From the NCBI GenBank assembly GCA_963782055.1, contig CAWAIF010000003.1:6176001-6240000 (forward strand): a stretch of DNA of 64,000 nucleotides, in the 5' to 3' direction. This DNA is from an uncultured delta proteobacterium. GTDB taxonomy: Bacteria; Myxococcota_A; Polyangia; Polyangiales; Polyangiaceae. The stretch's first letter is position 1. The number at the start of each line of letters is the position of its first letter. The position numbers and the translations under genes are program-made. Under the pieces are notes generated by a model, which was given only the letters and a program-made list of their open reading frames with translations, did not search any database and was not told the DNA's origin. Of this stretch, positions 28,996-39,614 are shown one piece after another.

Positions 28996-30723
28996 GGGTG
29001 CGGCTCTTCTCCGGCGGCGCGAAGCACAGCGAGATCGATCACTTGACCCTCCTCAGGCGCGGCCTGGGAGGCGGCAGGGGGTCAGGGATCTCGCCCTGAT
29101 CGTAGCGTGACGCATGGTTGCGGTCCTTGTCGCGCGCGAGATGGAACTGCCAGTAGGCGTCGAAGTCGCCGGAGGCGCGCACGGCGCGCAGGCGCAGGAT
29201 GGCCTCGGCGCCGGTGAGCGACCAGCGCGCGCCGGTGCGGTCCATCCTGTCCTTGACGAGATAGCGGCAGGCGCCCTCGATGACGCCGGTGGCGATGGGC
29301 AGGCCATCGCGGAGCGCGTCCTGGTAGCGCATCAGCCGGGTGCGCGTCCGGTCGGCGAGGTAGTCGCAGGCCTCGTCGATCGCGCGCAGCGCTGCGTCGT
29401 CGAGCTTCGGCTTCTTGCGACGTGCCGCCCACCAGCGGATGGTGCGCGCGACGTCTCCCCCGCTGCGGCCCGTCAGCAGGGCGAGCAGGCGATTGGCAAC
29501 CCAGCCCTCGGCCTTGGTGTCGCTCTTGCCGAACAGCGCGCGGGCCGCCGACCAGATGTACTCGAGCACGTGGACGACATCGAGCAGGATGGTCACCTGG
29601 ACACGGGCGCGCCGGGCCTCGGCCTTGACGGCGCGAAGCTGCTTCGGCTCGCCGTCGACGAGCACGACCCAGCGGCGTCGCCTGTCCGGATCGCGCCGCA
29701 GCGCCTCGGCGAACGCCTCGCGAATCACGGTGCGCGGATGCTTCTCGACGCTGGCCCACACGCGCTTGTCGGTGGGGCGCGGTCGCTTCGTGTCGACCTC
29801 GTCGGCGTCCCGCAGCGAGTGGATGATGTCCGCGGGCCCGCGCACGAACGGCGCCACCGAGTACACCGTCGCGACCTGCGCCATGCGCTTGCGGTTGCTC
29901 TTCTCGCCCGGCGTCAGGCGCGTCTCCAGCTTGCGCACGCTCTTCTGCGCCGCCAGGCGTGTGCCCTCACGCAGGTCCTGGTGGCGCATCACGACGCCCT
30001 TGCCGTCGGTGCTCAGCACCAGCAGGTCGTCCTTCGGATCGCGCTCGGCCGCGCGCTGCTCGTAGAACGCGTCGAAGTCCTGCGCCGCACGAACCGCCAG
30101 CTCTTCCACCTGCCGCTTCGCGATCGACACGCCCGTGTAGTCGCGCACCATCTCGACCACGTCGTTGAACGACGCCCTCGCCGCCTCCTTCGCGACCATG
30201 CGCCGGATGCCGTGCGAGAACATCTCCCGCGGCAGGTTGAGCGCCGCGTCCATCGGGTGCAGGTCCTCCGTCGCCGGCGCCTGGTAGGCGCGCCGCGGCA
30301 CCGCCACCCGCCCCACCAGCGTGTCCAGATGCCGCTCACTATCGCGCGCGGAGCGACGCTCCACGCCGTCCGCCCCGACCACCTCGGTGCGCTTCTCCAG
30401 CGCCGCCCGAAGCTCCAGGTGCTCCTGGAGCATCAGCCGAGCCCACTCCCGGCCTTGCCCGTCGAGCATCGCCTCCAGGTCCGAGTGCGGCTTGCGGATC
30501 ATCTCCCTGCTCGACACCATACCCTCGACCTTCGCTGCGTGCGCCCTCGACTTCGCGAACGGGGCCTCGACGGCATGGATCGGATCGGCGTGCACGGCAC
30601 TCATCGGCGGCTCCTTCCGGGGCGCGGCTGCGCCCTCACCGCCACAACGTCACGCTTGCGCGGAAAATTCCCCGAAGTATGCGAAATCAGGCCGCCTCAC
30701 GCCGCCGTAATGGAGCCGCACCC
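28996..30723 (-). mobile_element. ISKra4-family element, no TSD
   Basis: IRs GGGTGCGGCTCTTCTCCGGCGGCG / CGCCGCCGTAATGGAGCCGCACCC. Confidence 0.85.
29039..30604 (-). CDS. ISKra4-family transposase
   Basis: STDGKGVVMR, LVDG, LDVVHVLEYIW, GLPIATGVIEGACR.LVKDRM..TGARWS. Confidence 0.88.
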   Translation of the reverse strand: MSAVHADPIHAVEAPFAKSRAHAAKVEGMVSSREMIRKPHSDLEAMLDGQGREWARLMLQEHLELRAALEKRTEVVGADGVERRSARDSERHLDTLVGRVAVPRRAYQAPATEDLHPMDAALNLPREMFSHGIRRMVAKEAARASFNDVVEMVRDYTGVSIAKRQVEELAVRAAQDFDAFYEQRAAERDPKDDLLVLSTDGKGVVMRHQDLREGTRLAAQKSVRKLETRLTPGEKSNRKRMAQVATVYSVAPFVRGPADIIHSLRDADEVDTKRPRPTDKRVWASVEKHPRTVIREAFAEALRRDPDRRRRWVVLVDGEPKQLRAVKAEARRARVQVTILLDVVHVLEYIWSAARALFGKSDTKAEGWVANRLLALLTGRSGGDVARTIRWWAARRKKPKLDDAALRAIDEACDYLADRTRTRLMRYQDALRDGLPIATGVIEGACRYLVKDRMDRTGARWSLTGAEAILRLRAVRASGDFDAYWQFHLARDKDRNHASRYDQGEIPDPLPPPRPRLRRVK

Positions 30724-31098
30724 ATCTCGATGTCCCCGAACACCGTCGTGTACGTCGCGCGCGTCTCGCGCCCGTTGCCCCACTGCTCGCCATCGATCGT
30801 CACCTCCGGTGCGCTCGTGTCCGCCCGCGCCATCACCTCGCGCATCAGCACGCGGCCGTACGCGTTGGTCAGCTCCTGGGCTCGACGCTCCACCGCCAGA
30901 AGGTCGATCGCGTCGGGGCTCGTCGCCGCGATCTCCCGCCGAAATTCCGCCAGCTCCCGCTCCACCGTCTCGATCTGCGTCCCGATGTCCATGCCTACGC
31001 TTCTCGATCGACGCGACCTCTACGCGCAAGCGAAGACGTCACGCGACCGCACGGTTGCAGTGCCACGATCGATTGCCGCCAGGACTGGATCTGCACCC
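30724..31098 (-). mobile_element. Left end and 5' transposase remnant (30724-30992) of a second, different ISKra4-like element
   Basis: Terminal GGGTGCAGATCC (minus strand); ORF with YTTVFGDIE motif truncated at the 30723 IR. Confidence 0.6.
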
Positions 31099-31317
31099 AA
31101 GCAGACACGACAGCACCGCCGGCTGAGCCGCGCAAGTGGGAAACGGTCACTACACACTAGTGGGCAGGCCCGTTTGCCGCTCCCGGCTCCGGCTACCCGG
31201 CTAGTCCGTTGATCTTCGTCAGCACACGCCCCAGCGGGAAGCACCGTCCTCGCACCGTCGCACCGGTCGAGGCGCGTTCGTTGACACGGTCGGCGGTCGC
31301 CTGGCGACCCATGGCAG

Positions 31318-32281
31318 TCAGCCCTCCAGCACGGGCCCCATCGCCAGCGCGCAGCCGGCCTCGCGCGCGGCGGCGAGCTCCGCCTGCGTGCGCACGTGGG
31401 CGGCGACGACGCGCACCTTCGCCTCGCGGCACGCCTCCACCATCGAGGCGATCACCCGGCGCTGCACCTTGGAGTCGGCGGCGGCGGCGGTCTTGCCCAC
31501 CGTGCGCATGTCGAGCAGGGCGTACGCGGGGCGCAGCACGCCGACGCTGGTGAGCGCCGCGGGGCCGGCGACGGTGCGGATTGCCAGGGAGAAGCCGAGG
31601 TCGGCGAGCGTCTTCGCCCGCGCGGTCATGTCCCCCACGTCCAGCGCGTCGCGCTGCTGGACGGCGACCACCACCTGCGCGGCGTGGCAGGCGAAGGACG
31701 ACGCGGCGTCGTAGAGGGTGGGGTCGAGCAGGTCCTCTGCGCTGCAGTCGACGAGCTGCGTGGTGGCGCGCGGCGGGGCCTCGCCGACGAGCTCGCGGAG
31801 GCGGCGGCCGAGATCGCGCTGGCGGCCGAGCGCCTGGGCCACCAGCGGCAGGTCGTCGTGCGCGAAGGCGGGGGTGCGCAGCGCCAGGCGATGGCCCCAC
31901 ACCGAGGAGGTCGCGAGAATCGACGATGGCCTCGCGGGCGATCTCCGCGGCGGCGAGCGCGCCGTCGAGCTGCGTGCCCAGGGCGAGCTGCACCGGCGGG
32001 GAGAGGCGGCGGCGCGCGAGGCGCGCCAGCGTCTTCACCAGCGCGCTGGTCGGCTGCCCGTCGATGGGCACGACGGGGATGTGCACGCCGTACGCGCGCT
32101 CCAGCTCCTCGCGCGCGCCGGCGTCGCTCACGATGAGGTCGACGCGCTCGCGCATGAGCACCTCCGCCGCGGCGGCGGGGTCGGCGGCGCGGATGGCCTC
32201 GTAGCCGCCGGTGGTGAGCTCGGCGGCGCGGCCGGCGGCGGCGGCCTCGTCCCATTCCACCAGGAGCACGCGGCCTGCCAT
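31318..32281 (-). pseudogene. Atypical response-regulator receiver + degenerate EAL-like domain, frameshifted near 31905
   Basis: RVLLVE..VDLIVSD N-terminus; C-terminal LRPAYALLD...VVAAHVRT.AEL....GC.LAMG matches the EAL fold without catalytic residues. Confidence 0.55.
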
Positions 32282-32405
32282 GTCTATCCCTTCTGTCATA
32301 ACTGCGGCCCGGCGCCAATGCACGGCGGTCGATAATCCGCGGGCCACGGCCGAGCCGAGTCAGGGGCCTCCCGCGTGAGCCGTCCTCCTGCTAAGGAGAC
32401 ACACC

Positions 32406-34373
32406 ATGTCGGATAGAGTCACCCCGCGGGAGATCCTGAAATCGAAGGGCAAGCTCGACAAGGACGTCGTCGCCGTGAAGGTCGGCGACCGCATCGTCGA
32501 CCTGCACACGCCCATCGACCCCGCCTCCGAGGCGATCCCCGTCCGCGCGAGCGATCCGGAGGGCCTGCGGGTCATCCGTCACTCCACCGCCCACGTGATG
32601 GCGGACGCGGTGCAGCGGCTCTCCCCCGGCACCAAGGTGACCATCGGCCCGGCGATCGAGGACGGCTTCTACTACGACTTCGACAAGCCGGGCGGCGCCT
32701 TCAGCGAGGAGGACCTCGGCAAGATCGAGAAGTCCATGCTGGAGGTGATCAAGAAGGACACCCCCTTTCGGCGTGAGGTCGTCTCGCGCGACGAGGCGAT
32801 GCAGCTCTTCCAGAAGATGGGGGAGAGCTTCAAGGTGCAGATCATCGAGTCCATCCCGGCGGACGAGGAGATCAGCCTCTACAAGCACGGCGCCCCCGGG
32901 GAGGAGTGGGTGGACGTGTGCGAGGGGCCGCACGTGCCGTCCACCGGGTGGCTCAAGGCGGTCAAGCTGACCAGCGTCGCGGGCGCCTACTGGCGCGGGG
33001 ACGAGCGCAACCCGATGCTGCAGCGCATCTACGGCACAGCCTTCCCGTCGAAGGAGGCGCTGGCGGAGCACCTGCGCCTGCTGGACGAAGCGCGCGCGCG
33101 GGATCACCGCAAGCTGGGCAAGGAGCTGGACCTCTTCATGTTCAGCGAGCTCGCCCCGGCGATGCCCTTTTTCCTGCCGAAGGGCGCGTACGTCTACAAC
33201 CGGATGATCGACTACGTGCGGGAGGTCTACGCCAGGAGCGGGTACGAGGAGGTGATCACCCCCCTCGCCTACGACCCGAAGCTCTTCCGGCAGAGCGGGC
33301 ACCTCGGCAACTACAACGAGAACATGTACCGGCTGTGGACGGAGGACTCGCTGGCCCCGCCGGGCGCCGACAAGCCGGGCGGCCCGGGCGCGAGCGCGGA
33401 GGCGATGGCGAAGCACCTGCAGGATGCATCCTTCGCCCTGAAGCCGATGAACTGCCCGAGCCACTGCGTGATCTTCGGCTCGAGGAAGCGCAGCTACCGG
33501 GAGCTGCCGTGGCGCATCGCCGACTTCGCGCGGCTGCACCGCTACGAGCGCGGGGGCGTGGTGCACGGCCTGGCGCGGGTTCGCAGCTTCTCGCAGGACG
33601 ACGCGCACATCTTCTGCGCGGAGGAGTCGGTCTCCGCCGAGATCGAGGCGTTCATCAAGCTACTTTATGGCGTTTACGAGACATTCCACTTCGAGAAGGT
33701 GGACATCAAGCTGGCGACCCGTCCGGACAAGCGCATCGGCTCGGACGAGATGTGGGACCGCGCGGAGGGCGCGCTGGACGCGGGCCTGAAGGCGGCGGGC
33801 CTGCCCTTCGAGATCACCCCGGGCGAGGGCGCCTTCTACGGGCCGAAGGTGGAGTTCCACGTGCTGGACGCGCTCAAGCGGAGCTGGCAGCTCGGCACCA
33901 TCCAGTACGATCCCAACCTGCCGGAGCGCTTCGAGCTGGAGTTTACCGGCGAGGACGGCAAGGCGCACCGGCCGGTGATGCTCCACCGCGCCATCCTGGG
34001 CTCGCTGGAGCGCTTCTTCAGCGTCTACCTGGAGCACTGCGGGGGTAACTTCCCGGTGTGGATCGCGCCGAAGCAAGCGATCGTGCTCACCGTCAGCGAC
34101 AAGGTGGACGACTACGCGAAGAAGGTGCACGCACAGCTCCTCGAGGGCGGGGTGCGCGCGGACGTGGACATGAGTTCGGACAAGCTGGGCGCCAAGATCC
34201 GCAACGCGCGGCTGCAGCGCTATCCGTACCTGTGCGTCGTCGGGCAAAAGGAGGCGGAGGCGGGCGCGCTCGGGGTGCGGTCCCGCGACGCGGGGGAGCT
34301 CGGCGCCATCCCGGTGGAGGAGTTCATCGCCCGGGTGCAGAAGGAGAGCGCGTCGCGGGGCGCGGCCCGCTGA
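32406..34373 (+). CDS. thrS: Threonine--tRNA ligase
   Basis: TGS domain, HSTAH, DVCEGPHV, GAYWRGD, KPMNCP, GAFYGPK, HRAILGSLERF. Confidence 0.98.
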   Translation: MSDRVTPREILKSKGKLDKDVVAVKVGDRIVDLHTPIDPASEAIPVRASDPEGLRVIRHSTAHVMADAVQRLSPGTKVTIGPAIEDGFYYDFDKPGGAFSEEDLGKIEKSMLEVIKKDTPFRREVVSRDEAMQLFQKMGESFKVQIIESIPADEEISLYKHGAPGEEWVDVCEGPHVPSTGWLKAVKLTSVAGAYWRGDERNPMLQRIYGTAFPSKEALAEHLRLLDEARARDHRKLGKELDLFMFSELAPAMPFFLPKGAYVYNRMIDYVREVYARSGYEEVITPLAYDPKLFRQSGHLGNYNENMYRLWTEDSLAPPGADKPGGPGASAEAMAKHLQDASFALKPMNCPSHCVIFGSRKRSYRELPWRIADFARLHRYERGGVVHGLARVRSFSQDDAHIFCAEESVSAEIEAFIKLLYGVYETFHFEKVDIKLATRPDKRIGSDEMWDRAEGALDAGLKAAGLPFEITPGEGAFYGPKVEFHVLDALKRSWQLGTIQYDPNLPERFELEFTGEDGKAHRPVMLHRAILGSLERFFSVYLEHCGGNFPVWIAPKQAIVLTVSDKVDDYAKKVHAQLLEGGVRADVDMSSDKLGAKIRNARLQRYPYLCVVGQKEAEAGALGVRSRDAGELGAIPVEEFIARVQKESASRGAAR

Positions 34374-34408
34374 GGGGCGGGGGGGCTCCCCCCCGGCTGG
34401 CGGCCACG

Positions 34409-34544
34409 CGTCCCACCGCTAGCATGCTCGCGCTCTGACGCTCGGCCTGCCGGTCGGCTGGCCGGCAGGCGGGGGCCAGGCCAGGGGTGTCCCCCGAGCG
34501 TCGCCGGCTGCCCGTCCCATTGCTAGCACGCTTGCACTCCGACG
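34409..34544. repeat. Two copies of a 32-bp palindromic REP-like element (34409-34440, 34513-34544)
   Basis: CGTC..A..GC.AGC..GCT.GC..T..GACG consensus shared with 37389, 37461, 39480 and 55902. Confidence 0.75.
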
Positions 34545-34626
34545 GCCGGCGCGCGCTCCGGGGGGAGCCCCGCCGCCGGCGGCCGCATTCTTGGCCGCCT
34601 CGGCGGGGGCGCCCGATACTCCGCCG

Positions 34627-35532
34627 GTGGCGAACGCGACCCAGGCGCCCGCAACGACGACCACCACGGTGCGCGTCATCGGGGCGCGGCGGCATCCGTT
34701 CCGGGACGCGTATCACGGCTTCTTGCGAATGCCCTGGTCCGCGGCCCTCGGGCTGATCGTCGCGACCTACCTGGTGGTGAACGCGATCTTCGCCATCGCC
34801 TACATGCTCTCGGGGGGCGTCTCGGGCGTACGGCCGGGGGACTTCGCCGACGCCTTCTTCTTCAGCGCGCAGACGCTGGGCACCATCGGCTATGGCGCGA
34901 TGTACCCGACGTCGGCGGTGGCGAACGCGCTGATGGTGGCGGAGTCGGTGTGCGGGCTGCTGATCACCGCGCTCGCCACGGGGCTGGTCTTCGCCAAGTT
35001 CTCGAGGACGACGCCGCGCATCCAGTTCGCGCGAAGCGCGGTGGTGGGGCCGTGGAACGGGAAGCCGACGCTCATGCTGCGGGCGGGCAACGAGCGGGGC
35101 AACCAGATCGTGGAGGCGCTGGTGCGGGTGTCGATGGTGCGCACCGAGCACACCGCGGAGGGGGTGACGTTCTACAAGATGGTGGACGTGCCGCTGGTGC
35201 GGGAACGGTCCCCCTTCTTCACGCGGTCGTGGAACATGATGCACGTCATCGACGAGAAGAGCCCGCTGTTCGGGAAGACGCCGCAGGCGCTGGTGGACGA
35301 GGAGGTGGAGCTCATCGTCAGCCTGGTCGGCACCGACGACACGTCGCTGCAGCCGATCCACGCGCGGCACAGCTATGACGCGAAGGACATCGTGTGGGGC
35401 GCGCGGCACGCGGACGTGCTGAGCGAGGAGCCGGACGGGACGATGACCCTGGACCTGCGCAAGTTCCACGACGTGGAGCCGACGCGGCCGATGGACGGTT
35501 TTCCGTATCCGCAGCCCGCGTCATCGACGTGA
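34627..35532 (+). CDS. Inward-rectifier potassium channel (KirBac-like)
   Basis: FFFSAQTLGTIGYG filter, FAKFS, NERGN. Confidence 0.92.
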   Translation: MANATQAPATTTTTVRVIGARRHPFRDAYHGFLRMPWSAALGLIVATYLVVNAIFAIAYMLSGGVSGVRPGDFADAFFFSAQTLGTIGYGAMYPTSAVANALMVAESVCGLLITALATGLVFAKFSRTTPRIQFARSAVVGPWNGKPTLMLRAGNERGNQIVEALVRVSMVRTEHTAEGVTFYKMVDVPLVRERSPFFTRSWNMMHVIDEKSPLFGKTPQALVDEEVELIVSLVGTDDTSLQPIHARHSYDAKDIVWGARHADVLSEEPDGTMTLDLRKFHDVEPTRPMDGFPYPQPASST

Positions 35533-35545
35533 GGCGCGTCGCGTC

Positions 35546-37267
35546 CTACGGCTTGATCACGTCCCCGAAGCTCCACTCCACACCGGACTTGAAGCGGCGG
35601 TAGGGCTTGCGCTCGCCGTCCTCTGCGGCGCGGCGGACGTTGGGGTCGCCGGAGCGGGCCTCGCGGTACTCGAGCAGGGCGTCGTCGCGACGACCGAGCA
35701 AGTCGTGGGTGCGACCGCGCCAGAGGTGGAAGGCGGCGCGACGCTCCCCGCCCGCGTGGCCGATGCGGATGGCCTCGTCCAGGGCGGCGGCGGCGGCGTT
35801 CAGGTCACTGGCTTCCAGGGCGAGCAGGCTCGCCACGAAGGCGTAGACGGGCTCCTCCGGATCGTGCGCACGCGCGCGCTCGACGTGCTCGCGCGCGGAG
35901 ATGAGGCTGCCGTCGTTGAAGTGGGCCTCGTACCCCTCGCGGTAAGCGTCGAAGCCGGCGAGGAGGTCGGCGTCGACGCGGGTGCCGCCGACGAGGCGCG
36001 GTAGATCGATGCGCGCGCGGCGCTGGCCGAGGTCGAAGGCGAGGTACGGGCGGTTGGAGACGGGCGGGCGGCCGGTGGCGACGTAGACGATGCCGCGCGC
36101 GGCGTCGAAGACGACGGAGGCGACGGTGGTGAGCGACGAGATGCTCATGAAGCGACACTCGGCGTCGACGTCGCCCAGGATGGAGGCGATCTCGTCGGCG
36201 TCCACGCGCCCGCGCGCCTCGCCCAGGCGGCGGTTGACGGTCTTGTAGCGCGCGACGTTGTTGCGCCAGTAGGAGGGGTAGAAGTCCACCTCCGTCTTCT
36301 GCAGCTCGCGGTTCAGGTACACGTTGGAGTAGCCGAAGGTGTCCTCGTGCCCGGGCTTCGCGATGTCGGTTCCCTCGAAGGCGGCGCGGCGAGAGGAGGT
36401 GACCTCGTAGCAGAGAACGCGCTGCTCCTTCGCGCTGGCGATGACGTACGTCCACGCGCCGTTGGGACGGTGGCCGTCGAGGATGCGCTTGGCGTCGTCC
36501 AGGGTGTGGGCGTGGCGCATGATCTCGTCGCCGACGACGCCGACGGGGAGGCCCTCGAGGTCGAAGTCGGTGCAGGCGATGTGCTGGTGCACGACGAGGG
36601 AGAGGCCGGAGGCGTTCATCGCGGTGATGCCGCCGAAGAGCACGCCGGCGGCGGCGATGGAGACGTAGGGCTGTCCGTCGTCCGGCTCGTGGAAGACGAC
36701 CGCCTGCTCGCGGTCCCACACGCCGACGCCCTGGTAGTCGAAGTTGCGACCGTGGAGGAGGCGGCCGTGGGCGGTGGCCTCGCCCCAGGCGACGGCGCTG
36801 GTGCACCCGATGACGGGGACGCCGTGGCGGGGCGCGAGCGGGGAGCGGAAGAGGCGCTTGTACTGCGTGCCGACCCAGAGATAGGTCTCCGGCATGGTGG
36901 CGGCGCGCAGCAGGTCGGCGCGAGACATGCCGGCGCCGTCGGCGAGGCCCTCGAGGGCGCGGCGGATGCGCTCGGGGAAGCGGCGTGCAATGCGGCGGCC
37001 CACGGTCAGGTAGAGCGCGGTGCCGAGCGCCTTCGACACGGGGGCGGCGGCGGTGCCGAGCAGCCCGGAGCCGAGGAGCTTCTCCACGTAGCGGGCGAAG
37101 TACGGGAGGGGGCCGCGGGCGATGGCGTCGCGGAGGATCTCGCCGTGCTGGTGACCCATGGCGTAGTCGTCGCCGTGCAGACGCAGGACGTGGATACCCT
37201 CCACGCGCTCGTAGGGGGAGGACGTGGAGGGCTGGGGAGCGGCGGCGGTGGTCGGGGCGGTGGCCAT
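35546..37267 (-). CDS. C45-family Ntn peptidase/acyltransferase with a C-terminal TPR-like region
   Basis: MGHQHG, GCTS, LLHGRNFDY, AMNASGL. Confidence 0.85.
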   Translation of the reverse strand: MATAPTTAAAPQPSTSSPYERVEGIHVLRLHGDDYAMGHQHGEILRDAIARGPLPYFARYVEKLLGSGLLGTAAAPVSKALGTALYLTVGRRIARRFPERIRRALEGLADGAGMSRADLLRAATMPETYLWVGTQYKRLFRSPLAPRHGVPVIGCTSAVAWGEATAHGRLLHGRNFDYQGVGVWDREQAVVFHEPDDGQPYVSIAAAGVLFGGITAMNASGLSLVVHQHIACTDFDLEGLPVGVVGDEIMRHAHTLDDAKRILDGHRPNGAWTYVIASAKEQRVLCYEVTSSRRAAFEGTDIAKPGHEDTFGYSNVYLNRELQKTEVDFYPSYWRNNVARYKTVNRRLGEARGRVDADEIASILGDVDAECRFMSISSLTTVASVVFDAARGIVYVATGRPPVSNRPYLAFDLGQRRARIDLPRLVGGTRVDADLLAGFDAYREGYEAHFNDGSLISAREHVERARAHDPEEPVYAFVASLLALEASDLNAAAAALDEAIRIGHAGGERRAAFHLWRGRTHDLLGRRDDALLEYREARSGDPNVRRAAEDGERKPYRRFKSGVEWSFGDVIKP

Positions 37268-37388
37268 GGGTGATGGACCATAGCCACCGTCGGCGCGGGC
37301 GGCCAGTCGACCCCGTCGACTTCCGCCTCTTGGCGCGCGCCCTGGCGCCCCCCCCCCGGGCTGCCCCTCCACCACGCCCGCGGCCAAT

Positions 37389-37492
37389 CGTCGGATTGCA
37401 AGCGTGCTCGCAATCGGACGCTTCGCGGCGGCAGGTGCCCACCGCCCGTCCGCGGTCAATCGTCGGATCGCAAGCGTGCTTGCGATTGGACG
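37389..37492. repeat. Two copies of the 32-bp palindrome (37389-37420, 37461-37492) in a divergent intergenic region
   Basis: CGTCGGATTGCAAGCGTGCTCGCAATCGGACG and a variant. Confidence 0.8.
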
Positions 37493-37573
37493 TTTCGCCG
37501 CGGGCCGTGGGGGCCGGCCGGCCGGGCGAGTCGAAGCCGGAGGGGCGATTTTGATGGTAAGAACGACCCCGCG

Positions 37574-38788
37574 ATGGGCCTCTCGTACGAAGACGTGTGC
37601 GAGGCGCTCCGGGGCGAGAAGCTGCCTTGCCTCTTCGTTGACCTGGACGCCTTCGATCGCAACCTGGACCGCCACCTGGCGATGCTCCGCCCCCGCGGAA
37701 CGCCGCTGCGCATCGCCAGCAAGTCCGTCCGCGTCCCCGCGCTCCTGCGTCGCGCGCTGGACAGGAGCGAGGGGCTCGCGCGAGGGCTGCTCTGTTACGA
37801 TGTCGACGAGGCGGCGGCGCTCGCCGCCGAGGGCTTCGACGATCTTGTCGTGGCCTACCCGACCTTGCTCCCGGCGCACATGCGCACGCTGGTCAAGCTG
37901 GTGCGCCGCGGCACGCAGGTCAATCTGGTGGTGGACTCGGCGGAGGGGGTGCGTGTGCTCGGCGAGGCCGCGGCGCTTGCCGGGGAGACGGTCGGGGTGG
38001 TGATCGACGTGGACATGGCGCTTTCGCTGCTCGGCGGGCGCGTGTACCTCGGCGTCCGGCGCTCGCCGGTGCGCACGGTTCAGGACGCGGTCGATCTCGC
38101 GCGGCGGATCGAGAAGACGCCGGGGGTGCGACTGGACGGCGTGCTGGGCTACGAGGCGCAGGTCGCCGGCCTGCCCGACGCGAGCCCGTTCGAGCCCCGC
38201 CTCAATCGCATCAAGAAGACGATCCGCGGGCGCAGCGTGGTGGACGTGAGGCGGCGCCGCAACGAAGTGGTCCATGCCCTGCGCGACGCCGGCTTCGCCT
38301 TGCGGCTGGTCAACGGGGGCGGCACCGGATCTCTCGACTCCACCACGCCGGAGTCGGGTGTGACGGAGGTGACCGCCGGCTCCGGCCTCTTCAAGCCTCA
38401 CCTCTTCGACTACTACTCCAGCCCCCACATGCGCGCGCTGGAGCCCGCGTGCTTCTTCGCCCTGGAGGCGGTGCGCCGCCCGGGACCTGAGTACGTCACG
38501 TGCCTCGGCGGGGGCTACGTGGCCTCCGGATCGGTAGGCGCGGACAAGGCGCCGCGACCGTGGCTGCCGGAAGGGCTCTCCCTGCTTCCCGCGGAGATGG
38601 CCGGCGAGGTCCAGACACCGCTCCGCCTCCCGCGGGGGACGCACGTGACGCTGGGCGCCCCCGTCGTGTTCCGGCACGCCAAGGCGGGTGAGCCGATGGA
38701 GCGATTCCGCGAGGTCCTGCTGTTGCATCATGCACGGATCATGGAGAGGGTGCCGACGTACCGCGGGCTGGGGTGGTGCTTCCTTTGA
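37574..38788 (+). CDS. PLP fold-III amino-acid deaminase/aldolase (alanine racemase/DSD1-like)
   Basis: RIASKSVR, GYEAQVAG, NGGGTGS, EVTAGSG. Confidence 0.88.
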   Translation: MGLSYEDVCEALRGEKLPCLFVDLDAFDRNLDRHLAMLRPRGTPLRIASKSVRVPALLRRALDRSEGLARGLLCYDVDEAAALAAEGFDDLVVAYPTLLPAHMRTLVKLVRRGTQVNLVVDSAEGVRVLGEAAALAGETVGVVIDVDMALSLLGGRVYLGVRRSPVRTVQDAVDLARRIEKTPGVRLDGVLGYEAQVAGLPDASPFEPRLNRIKKTIRGRSVVDVRRRRNEVVHALRDAGFALRLVNGGGTGSLDSTTPESGVTEVTAGSGLFKPHLFDYYSSPHMRALEPACFFALEAVRRPGPEYVTCLGGGYVASGSVGADKAPRPWLPEGLSLLPAEMAGEVQTPLRLPRGTHVTLGAPVVFRHAKAGEPMERFREVLLLHHARIMERVPTYRGLGWCFL

Positions 38789-38800
38789 GCGCGCGTCGGG

Positions 38801-39409
38801 TCAGGCGTTTGGCGTGGGCGTCGGGGGCGCGGCCGTGAAGAGCCCGCGCTCCAGCTCGCGCCGGCGCTCCCGGTGCCGCTGCGCGCGCTGCTTGCGGTAG
38901 ATGTCCGCCAGCACCCAGAAGCCGTACTCACCGTGCACGTCGAGCGAGGCCTGGTCGCCGAACCCGACGCGAATGCGCATGCAGAGCGTCTTGAGGTGCT
39001 CCCGCGCCCGCGCGCACGCCTCGGGAACGGGCCAGCCGCGCTTGCTCGGCGTGAGAGCGCTGTCCAGCGCGAGCCCCACGTGCCCGACGAGCACCAGGCC
39101 GTAGAACGCGCGCCGGATCAGGCGGCGACCCTCCGGCGTGAGCGCGACGATGCACTCGCGCCCGTCGCGCCGCCGCGTGACGAGCCCGAGCTGCTCGAGC
39201 GAGCCGAGCATGCGGCTGATGGTGGAGCGTGCCACGCCCAGCCCGCGCCGCAGGTTGCTCTGGAGGTTCACCGCGCCCGTCCCGAGTCGATAGAGCGCGT
39301 CGAGCAGGTCGAAGCGCGCCGCCGTGAGTCCCATGGCTGCCAGCGCCCGCCGCGTGAGCCGCAGCGTCGCGTAGTAAGCCCGCTTGATGGTGAAGAAGAT
39401 GGGGTCCAT
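38801..39409 (-). CDS. MarR-family winged-helix protein (copy 1)
   Basis: GLTAARFDLL, LGVARSTISRML.SLE.LGLV.R; close paralogue of 55992-56588. Confidence 0.85.
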   Translation of the reverse strand: MDPIFFTIKRAYYATLRLTRRALAAMGLTAARFDLLDALYRLGTGAVNLQSNLRRGLGVARSTISRMLGSLEQLGLVTRRRDGRECIVALTPEGRRLIRRAFYGLVLVGHVGLALDSALTPSKRGWPVPEACARAREHLKTLCMRIRVGFGDQASLDVHGEYGFWVLADIYRKQRAQRHRERRRELERGLFTAAPPTPTPNA

Positions 39410-39614
39410 CCCACCCCCAAGAGCACCCTCCATGCCATCCGCCCCCCACCCCCCCCTCCTCCACGATTTCCCGGCGAAACGTCGGAGTGCGAGCGTGCTT
39501 GCAATGGGACGTTTGGTGTCCGGGGACAGGGGAAGGGGACAGGGGGGACAGGGGGCTGGCGCCAGCGGGGAGGTGGCGGAAGGCGTGTCGGAGGTCGGGC
39601 GGCGAGGCTGGCGC

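Noticed and set aside
31895..31915. Programmed frameshifting in the REC-EAL gene (also at 7570, 15137, 27876)
   Set aside because: No slippery heptamer is evident. Scattered single-base indels are better explained by decay or sequencing error.
35546..38731. 1061-aa ORF and the many other long Arg/Pro/Ala-rich overlapping ORFs in the track
   Set aside because: These are shadow frames of high-GC genes. The real C45 protein starts at 37267, and the extension is antisense to 37574-38788.
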